Shown here: positions 51,293-64,000 of the stretch, one piece after another
Position numbering within the stretch: the first letter of the stretch is position 1
How the letters are laid out: the number at the start of each line of letters is the position of its first letter
Assembly (NCBI GenBank): GCA_037447605.1
Contig: CM074811.1
Location: 1,922,001-1,986,000 of the forward strand
Direction: 5' to 3'
Source of the DNA: Zygnema circumcarinatum SAG 698-1b
Lineage: Eukaryota; Plantae; Zygnematophyceae
DNA length: 64,000 nucleotides
Notes under the pieces: model-generated
Told to the model about the DNA's origin: nothing
What the model saw: only the letters and a program-made list of their open reading frames with translations
The model's database searches: none
Position numbers and translations under genes: made by a program

Positions 51293-54200
51293 TCAGAACA
51301 GCACCCAATGAATCTCCCTGCAACCAGACAGCGTCTCTACTCAATCAAAAGTGGTTCTGCCCATTCAATGTTGCAGTCGGGGAAGAGCAGCATTGGGAGA
51401 AGCTCACGCTTGTGCACTGGCCATCCTGAAGATAGGCAGTCTCCCAATACTCGGTCCTCCGCTTAAGCGTCCTGACGACGTAAAAATTGGAGTAGGATCG
51501 GAAGCAGTGGCCACCAAGACAAACTGATTTTTCACAAGAAAGCAAGTGTCACCAAGTTCATCAGCCCTTTCTCAAAACTGATCCTGCTTGTTAAGTTTCA
51601 CATTTAAGGTTTCTAGCGCCTTGATGCGTGCATCAATGTTTTATTAATGCTTACCCTGTACGAGAAACATGCGTAAACATTATAGTTGGCTTTAGTTGCA
51701 GCTTCTTCCGAAAAAAAAAAAAAATGAAAATAATAACGACGTGTCCATACCAGTGGAAATATGACTGCTCCAACGGCTGCACTCACAAGCGCAGGAAGAA
51801 AGAATGTGGCCAAGACGCACGGCATTCCTGCGGGCAGTCACAGTCAGCCATTTTAGTTTCTTCTATTTTTTTTTATGCATTATGTCTCCAGGTTTGAAGA
51901 AACCCTTGGATGGAGCAATGCATTTGTACCTTCAAAACGTAATTTTTAATTTCAAAAAAAAAAATAGGATAAACTCACACTCTGCTCAAAGTGAACATCA
52001 TAAGCCTTTCCTCTACGGTGAACCACAAAGTTACTGAAGGTTCTCTACGATTCTGTAGCGCACGCTTCGGGGTAGATAAGGAAAGGTTCACAACCCTTAC
52101 CGAAACCAGAAAAGAACGGCCAATGGCTCTCAAAGAAGTGTAGACGCTTTTCCAAGCTCCAACCAGCGAAACTCCAGCGGTAGTCGAAGCAGTAATAAGC
52201 ATATAGCCATGAGAGTAGTATTAGACTCAGCCACCGTCCCACGTGCGGTATAAGACTCACAGCAAAGACCTGGCCAGAAAAGCTCGAGAGCATGACCAAA
52301 GAAAAGACTTGTTCTCCCACACCCTGTAGCAGGGGACCCAAAGGCGCATTGTCTGAACTGAGGGGGGGAGCATTTTGGCTTCTTGAAGGGTTTTCTGCTA
52401 AAGACGCCCCTCTGGGACGCCCTCCAAAGGATGATGCTGGTCGTGCTGTTACTTCCCCTTGAACATCATAAGGGCTGCGAAGGGGTTGCAAACAAGCAGC
52501 AGAAGGGTCTTGGGTTGTGCGCGCGTCCCTGTTTCGAGCATCAGAAGTAAGCTCGTTACTCTTATCTTCCTCCATACGATGGATCCTTGTAACATTGGAA
52601 CGGTGTATCGCTTCCCAAGAAGAATTAAGGCCGAGCTTGGTCATTCTAGCTATAGACTGTAGACCGAATCTGAAGCCATCAACGAGAGTCCGGCCAAGGA
52701 GAATAGCAGGCGCATGCCTGCCGGTTGAACCTTGAACAGGTGTAAATTGAGCTTTGTCCTCATTCAGGGCTCGGAACGCATGTTTTGCGATATCGTTGTA
52801 CCAAAGGCAGTTCACAATGAAGCTGACGACATAGGCTGGGTAGAGCCACAATAGGCTGTATAAAGTTCTAAAGATTGCCTGCGTTTGAACTGCGCTTCCA
52901 ATTCCATGTGTCCTTCCAGCATCTTCAATGCCCGACAAATTTGCACTTAGCTCGAACTGCCCTCCAACAGTGGATGTTGCACCGAACATCCATCGCACAC
53001 AAGGGACCAGTACGCTCTCCAATAGGAGGATGCTGCAGCATGAAAGAAACGTCGAGATAAGCGATATAGAAGAGTCCTGGAGAACTGGGCTTCATTTGCT
53101 ATGCTGCTAATCTAAAAGGGATACATAGTCGCCAGATTGGACAGCCATCAAAGCTTTCAGGGCGCCGGTTAGTTGCTGAAGTGGAGGGCGTGTTCAATCC
53201 TCTAACAACAAGAGGTGTCAGGGGAACCCTGACAACAAGCAAGGCATTTTCATACTTCACACTACTTTCGAGACGAAAGCATAATCGTAGCAACTACATA
53301 TATAAGTGACTTAATTCTACTAAAGTTGAGAGTTTAGTGGAGCACCTTGCAAGAAAAGCGCCATTCAGTGCAAAACAATGAAGAGTTCTTCGGAGAATCA
53401 CCCTTGACCTGCAAATCCATGAGACAATGGGTTACCTGTAAATGGGTCTGACAATAGTTCCTACTGCGATGTTACATGTAATGTGCAGAAATCTTGGATG
53501 TTGAAGCTGCAAAAGCTAGTATGAAACTCGGGAGTTGTCTTGCAAAAAATCTACAGGGTCAGTCCCTTACATTGACTACCACTTTACACCAGAGTGAACT
53601 CAGCATCCACGATTTATGCTCATCTCTGTCCAAAGCTTCCATTGCTTCGGCTAGCCAATAAGGCTTCACTGCATAAAGACCACGTCGCAACCATGTCATG
53701 CAAGGAGGGCCAACGGATCCTGCCGTGGATCGATCACCATTTAAGCTGAGGTCAAGAAACATGAGGCCAAAAGCGGGCATGCAGACCGTGACTTGATGAC
53801 CAAAAGGTTAACCCCCCTCAGTGGAAGGCCCATGAAACAGATTATAGAGACAACATATATTTCAAAGTGAACACTGCCGGTCCATCTGTGCAAAACAAGT
53901 CGATGAGAGGAACAATATAATACCTGATAAAGAAGATGGTGATCCGATGCACGCAGCAAGCCTCCATGAAACCAGCACACCACATCCACCCGAGCATCAT
54001 CGTTGTTTGAATCCATGAAGAAGAAAGACCTGAAAGAGAAGAGAATGCCATTATGTTAATCATGCACATCATGTTTGGAAAAAACATCATATGGTGCAGA
54101 AAGAAAATATTCGTGATTGCCCCATCTGTGATGCATATTGAACGTGAAAGGCAGTACGACCTTTCTGGTAACTCTTAAGGTGTGATTGCATGTCAAAATT

Positions 54201-54874
54201 TGTCAAAGCAGGACGAAGCCGTCAACTAAGGCGTGCTTAATTAAGTCAGATGTCTAATATTCAACTGGAAAGTCTCACTAATTTCATTAAGCCTTGAATC
54301 CATAGGTCTCTCTATGCGGGAAGGGGATCTATCGCATGGAAAGAAGAGTAGCCCTTTAAATGAGAAATCAACCATTTCAATTGCAGGCTACTGAAACAAA
54401 ATATAAACCTTGCCCCAGTTTGAACCGATTATATATTGTTAATATTATTAATGGCCAAAGAATTCACTGAAATCGAAGGGAAAAAAACATTCACCATACA
54501 AGCGATGGAACATACTAGAAACAGACTGGTTATATGTCTTGTAATTGCTTCAACAGCAGTGAACAACAGTGTAAATGACTGGTCGATAAGTGAAAAGCAC
54601 AAGACAATTCAGCAATTCAGAAATTTTGACTTTTGTAACACGTCAGTGAACCGAACCAGCAGCGCTTACATCCTCCTCATGACAAAAGGAACCATAGCCT
54701 GCTCTACATCAAACGCGCTGTTCGGAATTCCTATTCAAGCGAAAACATTATGGGGTCCAGCACTATACCTTCTGCTTCCACAATTCTCTCAGTCGTAGCA
54801 TCCCGGTCTACAACGCCAGCTGCCGAAACACTGCTCTCCTCCCCTCGCCCTGAACCACCTCGCGATGGCGCCAT
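51293..54874 (-). CDS. EI24: EI24 (etoposide-induced 2.4) family membrane protein
   Basis: Exons 54874-54769, 54029-53924, 53408-53346, 53032-52101, 51827-51751, 51523-51408, and probably 51317-51293 (alternatively an in-frame stop at 51404). Motifs GFMEACCVHR, FALNG, LWLYPAYVVSFIVNCLWYNDIA, GEQVFS, SWLYAYYCFDYRW, RLHFFESHWPFFSGFG, RLPIF. The 3' end is uncertain. Confidence 0.88.
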
Positions 54875-55266
54875 ACCGCTCTGCCTCTCCTCCGCCGCTC
54901 CGCCGCCTGCCTGCAATATCGCCACTCAAATGCATCCAATGGCCTTCACCTGCATCCAGCGCCTCAGCTTCAGCTTCATATGCAGGGGCTGGGAAAGAGC
55001 AACCGAAGCCAAGACTATGAGCCACCTAGACGAATCATAATTCGACACGTGTACAAATTTGCCTACGTGGCGTGTCCCTATTGGACGATGCCTGCCCAGT
55101 TGTCTAGTTCCGCAATGGAGGACAGCTGCAGGCCATTTTCCTGCGCCTCACATCTGCAGGAAGCGGAGCTTCAGGCAGGGGCAGGGCTGGTGACAGCGTG
55201 AGAAGGCCTCTAATTTGTGCAAAAGAACTGCTCTGTGACTTTTGGGAGCAGAGAAGAGGCTTCGCC

Positions 55267-57481
55267 ATGGACTGTTTGTTCGGTCTCGTGGGAGACGGCT
55301 TCGCTCTGGTCGTCGCAGACACTTCAGCAGTGCAATCAATCGTGGTGCAGAAGACAGAGGAAGATAAGATCATGGTTCTTGACGGCCACAAGCTGCTCGG
55401 GCAGTCAGGCTCTACAGGAGACAGGTAAGGACGGACGCCTTTTTCTGCAATATTTGGAGGAGGCACACCGCAAGCAGGGGTTAGCTTTGATAACGCGTTG
55501 TAAGAGTACGGCTTGCTTGGAAGGATTGGCGGGCAGATGGTGACCTGACTGACCACTTGCCAAAGCTTGGGATATTCTCTCGTCAACTTTCACTTGGAAA
55601 TGTTCATTGAGTTGGTTCCACAAGCACGTTTTTCATACATATTCCTTTGCCAGAAGGCATTCCTGTGATAATTCAAGGGAGTGGAACAAAAATTCTGTCA
55701 ACAGGTGTTGGGCAGCTGTAGAGATTGGATTATGTTATGTTTGGTTTAATACCTTGAAAACTATTGCTGGTTATGATAGCAATGCAGTACGATCAGACTG
55801 TGTACTGATTGTGTCAGCATAGAGTAAGGTTCAGAAGTTGTAAGCGGGGGTTGCCTTGTGAGACGTACCTCATCTGGAACTCATCTGCTCCATTAATATA
55901 TGGGAAACTAGGGTTGAGGAGGTGAACGATTACACTGACTGTGTTCGATTGCTTTCTTTCCTTTTCCTCTCTTAGTCTGAACTTAAATAGGATGCTTGGA
56001 TATTTCATTTTGCAGTAATTCATTCTTTATGACAGCCAAAAGTAGGGTAAGTAAATCGCAGAATGTTTCAACGGGCAAAGACTCCGGAAGTGTGTGCTAT
56101 CTGAAGGTGTTTAATCTGTAGAAATTACATGTCCATGCTTCATCCTTGTTCTTTGTTGCGGTAATTCGCCTCTTGCACATGCTGTTTGTGGAATGGGTCA
56201 TTATATCAACACATGCGTTGAATCAGCATTTGGTTCCAGGTGTCAGTGAAGCATCAATACAGATCAGCTCCTTTCTTCTGCAGCTCTTGATCCCGATTAC
56301 TCAAACTGATCGTGACTGTTTTTTTTTTTCAGAGTGCAATTTTCGGAGTTTGTCCAAAAAAACATTAACCTTTACCAGTATCGAAATGGAATTTCACTTT
56401 CTACAGCCTCAGCAGCCAACTATATTCGTGGAGAGCTGGCGAAAGCCCTTCGGTCCTCGGTAAGCCATTCACCTGCCAATGAAATCTAGGTGGAGTTTTA
56501 TGATCAGTGCCTCTCACTGGCAGGTCCGCATTAGGCACCTTTTCAGTCTTTCGTTAGGACACAGACGGGTCTTTTTTAAAAGAATAACATGGAAGTGGCA
56601 AGTGAGCTTGCAGAGGCTAGAGGGCGCTTGTTCAGAGCTAGGCAGTAGTTTCGTAATGCCTTTGTGTTTCTATGCTGAAAGGAATGGAGCAGGAATGCCT
56701 TTGTATCCTCAAAGGTTTGTCAGTTTTTGAATGGCATGCTCATTCTAGGAGCAGACTTGAGGTGAGTTTGGTATACGTTGCGTTTCTCAACCAAGTTTTT
56801 GGTCAATGAATTCCCTGGAGCAGGGAGCCTATCAGACAAATCTCCTGATTGCTGGCTACGATGAAGAGGGAGGGCCGTCTCTATACTATTTGGATTATAT
56901 TTCAACTCTTCATAAACTAGACAAAGCTGCAATGGGCTATGGTGAGTTGTTTCTGCCCATAACTTTCCATTGGATGCAACCCGGGAAGTTTCCATTTGTT
57001 GAGTTGAGCGCGTTCTATTTGCACATAGGTGCGCACAATAGGGTATCACTTTCTGTCAGTGAAATTCCACAAACCTTGTCCGTTGTGTTGGGGTCGTCTT
57101 CAAAAGCAGTTTATTATTGCTCCTGTTGCCCCCTGGCGTTGTCTTTTTCTCTCTATTTCGGTTAGACAAGCAGATGCATCTGGTTTGGTTTGCAAGTAGA
57201 TGGAAACCTGATGAGTTGCGTGTTCCACTGTCGCAGGAGGTTATTTCATGCTCTCTCTTATGGACAAATACTACTCGAAAAGCATGTCCCTTGAGGCTGC
57301 GCTGGAGCTGGTTGATCGCTGCATAGCTGAAGTACGGAGACGGCTGGTTGTTTCGCCACCCAATTTTTTGATCAAAATTGTTGACAAGGATGGCGCACGG
57401 GAACTTGCTTGGAGGCGAACTGTGGATCCACCGACTACTGCGGACTCGGACGGGCCTGTACCCATTGAGATACAAGCTTAG
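55267..57481 (+). CDS. PBD1: 20S proteasome subunit beta-4 (beta type-2), 215 aa
   Basis: 4 exons: 55267-55424, 56333-56459, 56824-56941, 57237-57481. [18 protein letters not shown]...[10 protein letters not shown]...[19 protein letters not shown]...SLMDKYY...[19 protein letters not shown]. Confidence 0.96.
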
Positions 57482-57730
57482 GCCCAGAATTCTTTGCATG
57501 CTGAAGCACCCTCCAATGTACTTGCCAACATTTTCCTGTTCTTGAACCTTTAGACGTCAAGTGTGCCAGACAGAAGAAGTGGACCCAGAGGATGTGAAGC
57601 AAGGCAGTGTACAGACGCTTTCCTCATAAGCGTGGCCTTGGCTTTTTTTGTATGGTAGTTTGCCAGTGTAGGCTGTGCGCTATTCTCAATTGTTGCTGGA
57701 CAGGGCCAAGTTGAGGCATTCTCTTTGCCC

Positions 57731-57812
57731 CCATGTGGCCTTGCCATCATTCAATGCAAAAATTATGTCGTTCCATGCTGCCTTGCCATTCAATGCAAAA
57801 ATCATGTTGCCC
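57731..57812 (+). repeat. Imperfect ~41-bp tandem duplication between convergent 3' ends
   Basis: ccatgtggccttgccatcattcaatgcaaaaattatgtcgtt / ccatgctgccttgccattcaatgcaaaaatcatgttgccc. Confidence 0.85.
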
Positions 57813-58099
57813 CAACAAATGGAGATGCGGCATTCATTTCCTGTTCAGTAACCTATAGCAACAGTTCCAAAGAAAGCTGCATTACAGAACGGTCAAAGCT
57901 CTCCTTGTTCTTGTCCTTGGAAGGCAAGTCCTGTGCCAGTTTGCCAACAGGCAATCCCGATAAAAAAACAGTGACTGCTTTCGACAGCCTTAACTAAGAA
58001 AATCCCGTCTTGGCTAATTTTTTTTCCAAGATCATAAAGAAAACATTCTGAAGGCCTGCCAGGCGATAGGTTGGGGCTTCCTTTGACAAGCATGTGCCT

Positions 58100-61000
58100 T
58101 CAGACCTGTTGCGAGGTCATCTCAGCTTTTGCCTCCTCTGCCTCCATGTGTTCCTCCTTGAAAAGGACTTTCAAGGCAGGCAGAATCTTTGGCAAGATGG
58201 GCAGGTCCGCGAGGTTGGCGCTCATCATGTCAAACGCAATGCATGTTCTGTCGGTGTAGCTGTCATCAATCACAGGGATCTTCGGATACCTTTGGCTGAA
58301 ATGCGTCAAAATTGTTCGATAAGCGCCAGCCAGCACTCCAACCTTCACCGCCTCCTTGGTCATGCTGTGCCGCTTGCTGATGGCGTCCTCCTGAAGCCCG
58401 TCATCAAAAGTCGCCTGCAGGAGCACAAAGTAATGTTCATCGAAGAATCAGCAGTATTTGTTTGATGTATGTATGTTTCACACTTTCAGGTTAAGGAAAC
58501 AACATGGACTCACAATCGTGTGAAGAACGTAACTACAAAAAATACACAGGCAAAAACCTATGGGAACTCTTTATTAGCATCCCCAAGCCCAAATTGGAGG
58601 ACATTCTGAACCAAAGGAAAGCCCGGCAGGAGAGCGTACCTCATGGATGAGAACCGTAGCCCCCCGACTTGCATCAACAAGCGCTTGGCATGGTCGTGTG
58701 TCTCCCGAGTAGGCCAACTTCCATCCTTTACTGCGAGATTGTATATCTGAATCTGAAGTGGAGCCTCGGGCAATCCCCAGCGATTCTAAGACTACTCCAT
58801 AAGCATGCTGGCAATGATTCACTTCTACACTCTCTAATCTAGCCAAGCCCAGACCACTGAGTACCTCAGTCAGCTTCCTACGTCCATCCAAGTCCAATCC
58901 ATCTCGAGGACTGCCATCCTGTTGCTGCCAGAAAGGCTGCAATCTTTTACGACCTTTACCTCCCTCTTCCTTCAGCTGAACTAAGCCGCTCCGGCCTCCT
59001 TCCCCCTTGACAGGACTATTCTCTCTCGACTTTGCAGGCTCGTCTGCTGCCTCCTCACTTTGGAATTTCTGAGCCATGGTTTCTGCATGCTTCGTTGTCT
59101 GAGAACAATCGAGGAAAACGACGCTAAGGTTTTCAAGTTGTTGATAGGCATTAAGAAGCGGCTTGAGCTGCCTGGGACCCACCAGAAGGAGGGGAGGACA
59201 TTTGGCAGGCCCTCCCAAAAGTAACTGGCGAACTGCCAAAATTCGGAGCATGCCCACATGATGGTCAGCGTGGATGTGTGATATCCATATCATCCCAAGA
59301 CGGGCGATAATCTCATCTGCGCCTTTGTTCCCATATCTGCACGTCATAATGTGAACACAAACACCACAGTTACACTCTGTCCCTCCTTTTCAACAGAAAA
59401 CAGAATGCCGCAGTTTGCATACAGTGAAAAAGAGACTTGCAATGTTCACAAAGACATCTGCAGAAAGCTCGGACAAGTGACTTGTGATACCATTGAAATG
59501 ACTGCATCAACTTCACAGGATGCACACCTGCGGCGCAGCTGTCCATATGTGCCTTCTCCACAATCCAGCATGATCCCTCCTCGTTCGAAAAGGTGCACAT
59601 AAATTGCGCTCACATTGCGATACTTTGAGGGCATAGAGGATCCCGTTCCAAGGAACACCATTTCCATCTCACGCCGCCCTATTCCTTTCAGACATTCAGG
59701 TAGATCGACTGACTCTTCCCCTGCCCTAGTCCAATTAGAGTGCGTTTCCTGAGTCACCACGTCCTTAGTTTCAGCTTCATTGGCCGCATCCATCTTGTTT
59801 CTTTCGACGTCTGCAATTTCACTAGTAGCATATGTACCCTTGCCGCGAGCATCTGTTTCGGCAGAACACAAAGGCCCTTCCACTGCATCTTGTCTCTCCT
59901 CCACAAGAATTGCTCTGGAAATTTCACTAGATGCTCCCAAACCTGTACACTCTCTCTCCCCCTCCACCTCCATGGCTGCGGTCGACGCAGAGCCACTCGT
60001 ATAGGCAATGTCTTCACACAGCCATGGTTCTTCTGTATACTCCCTTCTTGTCGCCACACCTACATCCTGACATTGGGTATCGCCATCCACATTTTCTGCC
60101 AATATCTTCGCTCCATCATGGACTGGTCCTTCCTGAAGCTCCCTGCTGCAGTCGTCCCACAGAGCAGCTACTTGCTGAGCAGCTTCAAAAACATCCGGTC
60201 GTTCCTCTACTAGTGATTGCTGAACTTCATGCACAAGCAGAGGCTTGGGAACAGCAGTTCGATCGATTCCTGAGTTGAGAGCAGGCTGTAGTTGGAACTG
60301 CAAACAGCAATCAGGCACAGCCACCCACACAGGCAAGAGATAACTGGTTCAAAATGGTACAACAATGTGCACATTTGCTGCGATCTGATGTGCAACATGC
60401 CACCCGATGTAAAGCCAACTGGTTAAAGAATAAGAAATGCCAACTCAAGCCAGTTGAGGCTATGCCTTCTTTCCCCTCGTGTGGGGTCCAAGCAGCCTAT
60501 TACATAGCCATGACTTTGCGAAGGGCGGGTCCGTATGACTATGATTAATCCACATGCATGGGAATAAAGATAACATAGGGAAAACTACTCATCCTAACTT
60601 TCCTTACCTTCAAGAGATTTTCGGACATGGTAATCGGCCCAAGATTCGCCTCCCACTCACGGCCGACAGTTACCTGCTACAGCTCACATATGGACCAAAA
60701 TAGCCATCAGGGATATGCCTGCATAGTCCTTAAAGCAATGCCAAAAAACCTACAGCATCACTGACGCACACAAACTCCCACTGATGGACTCAGTCCTAGC
60801 AGAACCTCAACAGTTGTTGAACAGAACCACCAGATTCAGGAGTCATTGTCTTCCTACCTCGCCTTTCATCGTGGTCCATTGTGTCTCGTCTATCACCATA
60901 GCGCTTTCAGAAGCCACTCCCGCCCATTGCGATTCCCCCAGCCCCAAGCCGAGGGCTGGAAAGACTCTTGGACAGAGCAGATTAAGGCGAGCAGACACCT

Positions 61001-63985
61001 TTGCACTTGTGGCCATGACAGGCGCAGCTGCTCCCATCCTGTCCCCACTTCTGCTCTTTTCACTTCACCACTTGAACAGGACTGTATCATGACTTCACCT
61101 GCAGCACCGTGCTGCCAGGAGTCAATGTCTTGACCTACGCGCAAGCAAAAGGTGTTGCTTTACAGGGGGACAATACTCTGAACAACCTACACCCGATAAC
61201 TCTGCCTCCACTTCCTATGCTCCTTTGTTGACTGACTGTAGCATGCTAGCAAGTCCGTCGAGTCTACAGTGAGACACTTGCTTAGATTGTAAGATTGCTG
61301 TTTCATACCTGCCATGACCTGCCAGAATATGGTGCGCCTGATTGCCAAAACGAGACATCCACTGACGGTAGTCGTCACGTTTCACAATCGAGAGCGGACT
61401 CAGATGAATTGCAAGCTGCACCTTTTTTCCCGTCGCATTGGAAGGGTTTGTATCATCACTGGACAATTCTGGAAAGTAGAACTGAGCCAAACTGGAAGAA
61501 TTGATGAGAGAAGGGAGGTGGGCAACACTTGGGCAGTCGATCAGCAGAAGAGTGGGCCCTGGAATCGGGGGGGACATAACTTCGTGAGGATGGATCTGCA
61601 AATAACGTATCACCAGCGTTACAGAGTTGAAAAACTGCAATTTCTCATCCTCAACTACTTTTCTCTCTACAACCTATGGAAGAATGAAGCTTAGTGGTAT
61701 CTGTCTCATTCAGCTTTATTCTAAATGTTTCAACCCACCCTCACCAAAAAATCCCATGAGCGACTCTGTGCAGAGCGGACTCTTTTTCACAAACCACAGC
61801 AACCTTTAGACATAGGCTTCGATTGAGCCCTTGACCCCATCCACTAGGATTGAACTTTGTAAAACGGAATGACATGCATTAACTAGCTGAGATTTAAAAA
61901 CAAGGGATAGCTTTGTTGGAAATTCAATGGTGCACCGTGAAAGTGGATGGGGGAACCTAAGTCCTGTCCAGCACGCACCAGAACTAACAAAATTGCTTGA
62001 AGTTACTCATAATTTCCGTAATTTTCTTTAGTCCAATTTGAGCTTTAAGATAAGAGCCATCAGGAATCAAATTTTTTTTTAGCAAAATGACCGTGTGTGT
62101 GTGAGTGAGTGAGGTACTCAATATAAAAGAAGAAGTCTGGTAGTGGAATTGAAAGGAATCAAGTGCGAGAGGTTCTACAGTACAAAGAAGAGAGCACGAA
62201 TCGAACAAAAAACTGCAAATACTATATCAGAAAACTTGTGGATTTCTTTTTTAATGATTTAATTTGAGCTAAAGCCATCCAAATGCTTCGAGGAACAATT
62301 AACAGTCATATGTTATCCCTTCGTAGCATAAAAACCCAGAAAAACAGGGAAAATAAACTTGTAATGTTATCTTACATCGAATATGCGTCGTATTCCTACC
62401 ACAATCTCACTCGAAATATGCATGTCCATTCCAAAATTTTGAGTTTTGCAAGTCTTGTAAGGTTTTACTTGTTCCCTTAGAAGTTTGATAGACGACCAGA
62501 ACTCACCGTACGCTTGCCGTCATCGGACTGAACACTGCTGCCCTTCTGCAACAAGCCGTAACGGATGCCTGGCATGAGCCCGAGGTCCTTCGCCTTCTGG
62601 GGATCAAACTTTCCCTGCAGCGTTGGTAGCTCACAGACATACACCACAGCCAGGTCAGCTGGCTGTACCCTGACTCTCCCTCTGCCATTCTTAGGGCTTC
62701 CATTTCCACTATTGCTAAAGCCCTCACTCTCTTTATTTGCCCTGCCGTCGTCATCAATAGGCGTAGCCCCAATTCCTACGTCCTTCGTGTCCGGAATAAG
62801 TATTGCTGCTAAAATCTTCACCGTATCATCATCATAAACTGGCAATAGATCATTGGACGAGTCCAGCTTCTCCCCTGCAGTCTCCGCTTCCTTGAGAGCG
62901 CCGCTTTCTTTCTGCGTATTCCCACGTCTAGGAGATCTCAACCTGCTCGGCTGCAGATCATCTCCAAAGCTCTGAGCGCGCACGACAGCGCCAGGAACAA
63001 AGGTCCTCATGGCGTCAACAAGCTTCTGCAAGTTTGAGGGTCCCATAACGTGAACTGTGGTGGATAAGTTCATCAAAGTGAGCAGGAGTCCAGGAAGGCC
63101 TCCAGCTGTCTCGCTGCAAACACGAGTAAGAAGAATATTATCTATTCGGGTGAACCGGATTTTGTGCTCCATGCAGTACCGCTGCAGGCCCTCGCCTGCA
63201 TTGAAGATAAAGCGTCGGACAGGGTTCTCCATGAACAGCATCACAGAAGGCGCGGTATCTTCAGTATCGAGCCCAGTGCCCATGATCTGCACATAAGATA
63301 GGGCAGACCTTATGGGAGCCGAATTTTTCGACCTACTAGGCGCTTTTTCTGCCACCGCAAGGAGAGCTTTTGGCGCCATAACGTCCCTCCCTCCTCCGTC
63401 AATGTTTGGCCTTTGACTCTTTCGTTGCTTTCGCGGTTCCTCCCCTTGTACCGTTTTCCCTTCGCGTTTTTTTCCAACCTTCCCTTCTTCCAAGGCCTCT
63501 TTCCCAGCTGCCTTTGCTTCTGCAACCTGACCTAAAACAACTTCCGAACTTGGAATTGCGTGCGACTTGCTTTCGTCCATTAGAGCAGCCGCAGAAAAGG
63601 GCGCACGCCAAACCTTCCTGCTGCAAAAGAAAGCTCCAGAAGCTAGCGAGCCACAGCCATTGCGAGACAAACAGCTGCTCCTTCCACAGAGACAGCCGCG
63701 AACGGCGTGCAGAGCGCCGCTGGGTGCAGGAGAGACGACGAGAGTGTGCGAAGAGAGAGGCGAGTGAGCGCCCGAGAGAGGAAATGGAATAGAAAGAAGG
63801 AGAGGGAGAGGGCGAGGGCGGGGGAGAGCGTGCGGCGCGGAGGAAGGCGCGGGCCGCAGAGGAGGCACGCGCATGGCGCCGCCTCTCCCTTCCTCTCTCC
63901 CGCGCGCACTGCCCTTGAGCTCAAAGCGAGAGTGAGGGGAGGCCCTGCGCCTGCGCGCTCCGGCGAGCACAGGACCGTACAACAT
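58100..63985 (-). CDS. TRZ4: Long-form tRNase Z (ELAC2/TRZ3-4 type) with an N-terminal targeting extension
   Basis: 7 exons: 63985-62507, 61595-61309, 61038-60858, 60673-60608, 60297-59528, 59336-58640, 58414-58100. Motifs [27 protein letters not shown] (flexible arm), [57 protein letters not shown]. The start codon is uncertain (63985, 63874 or 63580). Confidence 0.94.
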
Positions 63986-64000
63986 GCCTCGTGGCCCAAT

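Overview
Eukaryotic, intron-rich, gene-dense window with plant-type proteins, most likely from a streptophyte (charophyte-grade) green alga. The taxon is inferred from gene orthology and composition, not proven. Twelve protein-coding genes were assembled by hand with frame-consistent splice junctions: a 3'-truncated R2R3-MYB, TPK1, AP2M, an intronless F-box/PP2 gene, UGE, ITPA (with a 10-nt micro-exon), a multi-BRCT+PHD protein (At4g02110-like), a PHOX/CLMP1-like TPR protein apparently lacking PB1, U11/U12-48K (with a probable GC-AG intron), EI24, proteasome beta-4 (PBD) and long-form tRNase Z. No rRNA, tRNA, CRISPR array or transposase ORF was recognised. The most unusual material lies in the CpG-rich intergenic/promoter islands. 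They hold at least seven non-autonomous DNA-transposon insertions from about five terminal families, identified by TIRs and TSDs; some are nested and one is only 53 bp. They carry G-box palindromes and GTACGG motifs. An ~85-bp cassette recurs three times, twice inside elements with unrelated ends. Gene bodies look CpG-depleted, with abrupt high-GC3 exon patches.
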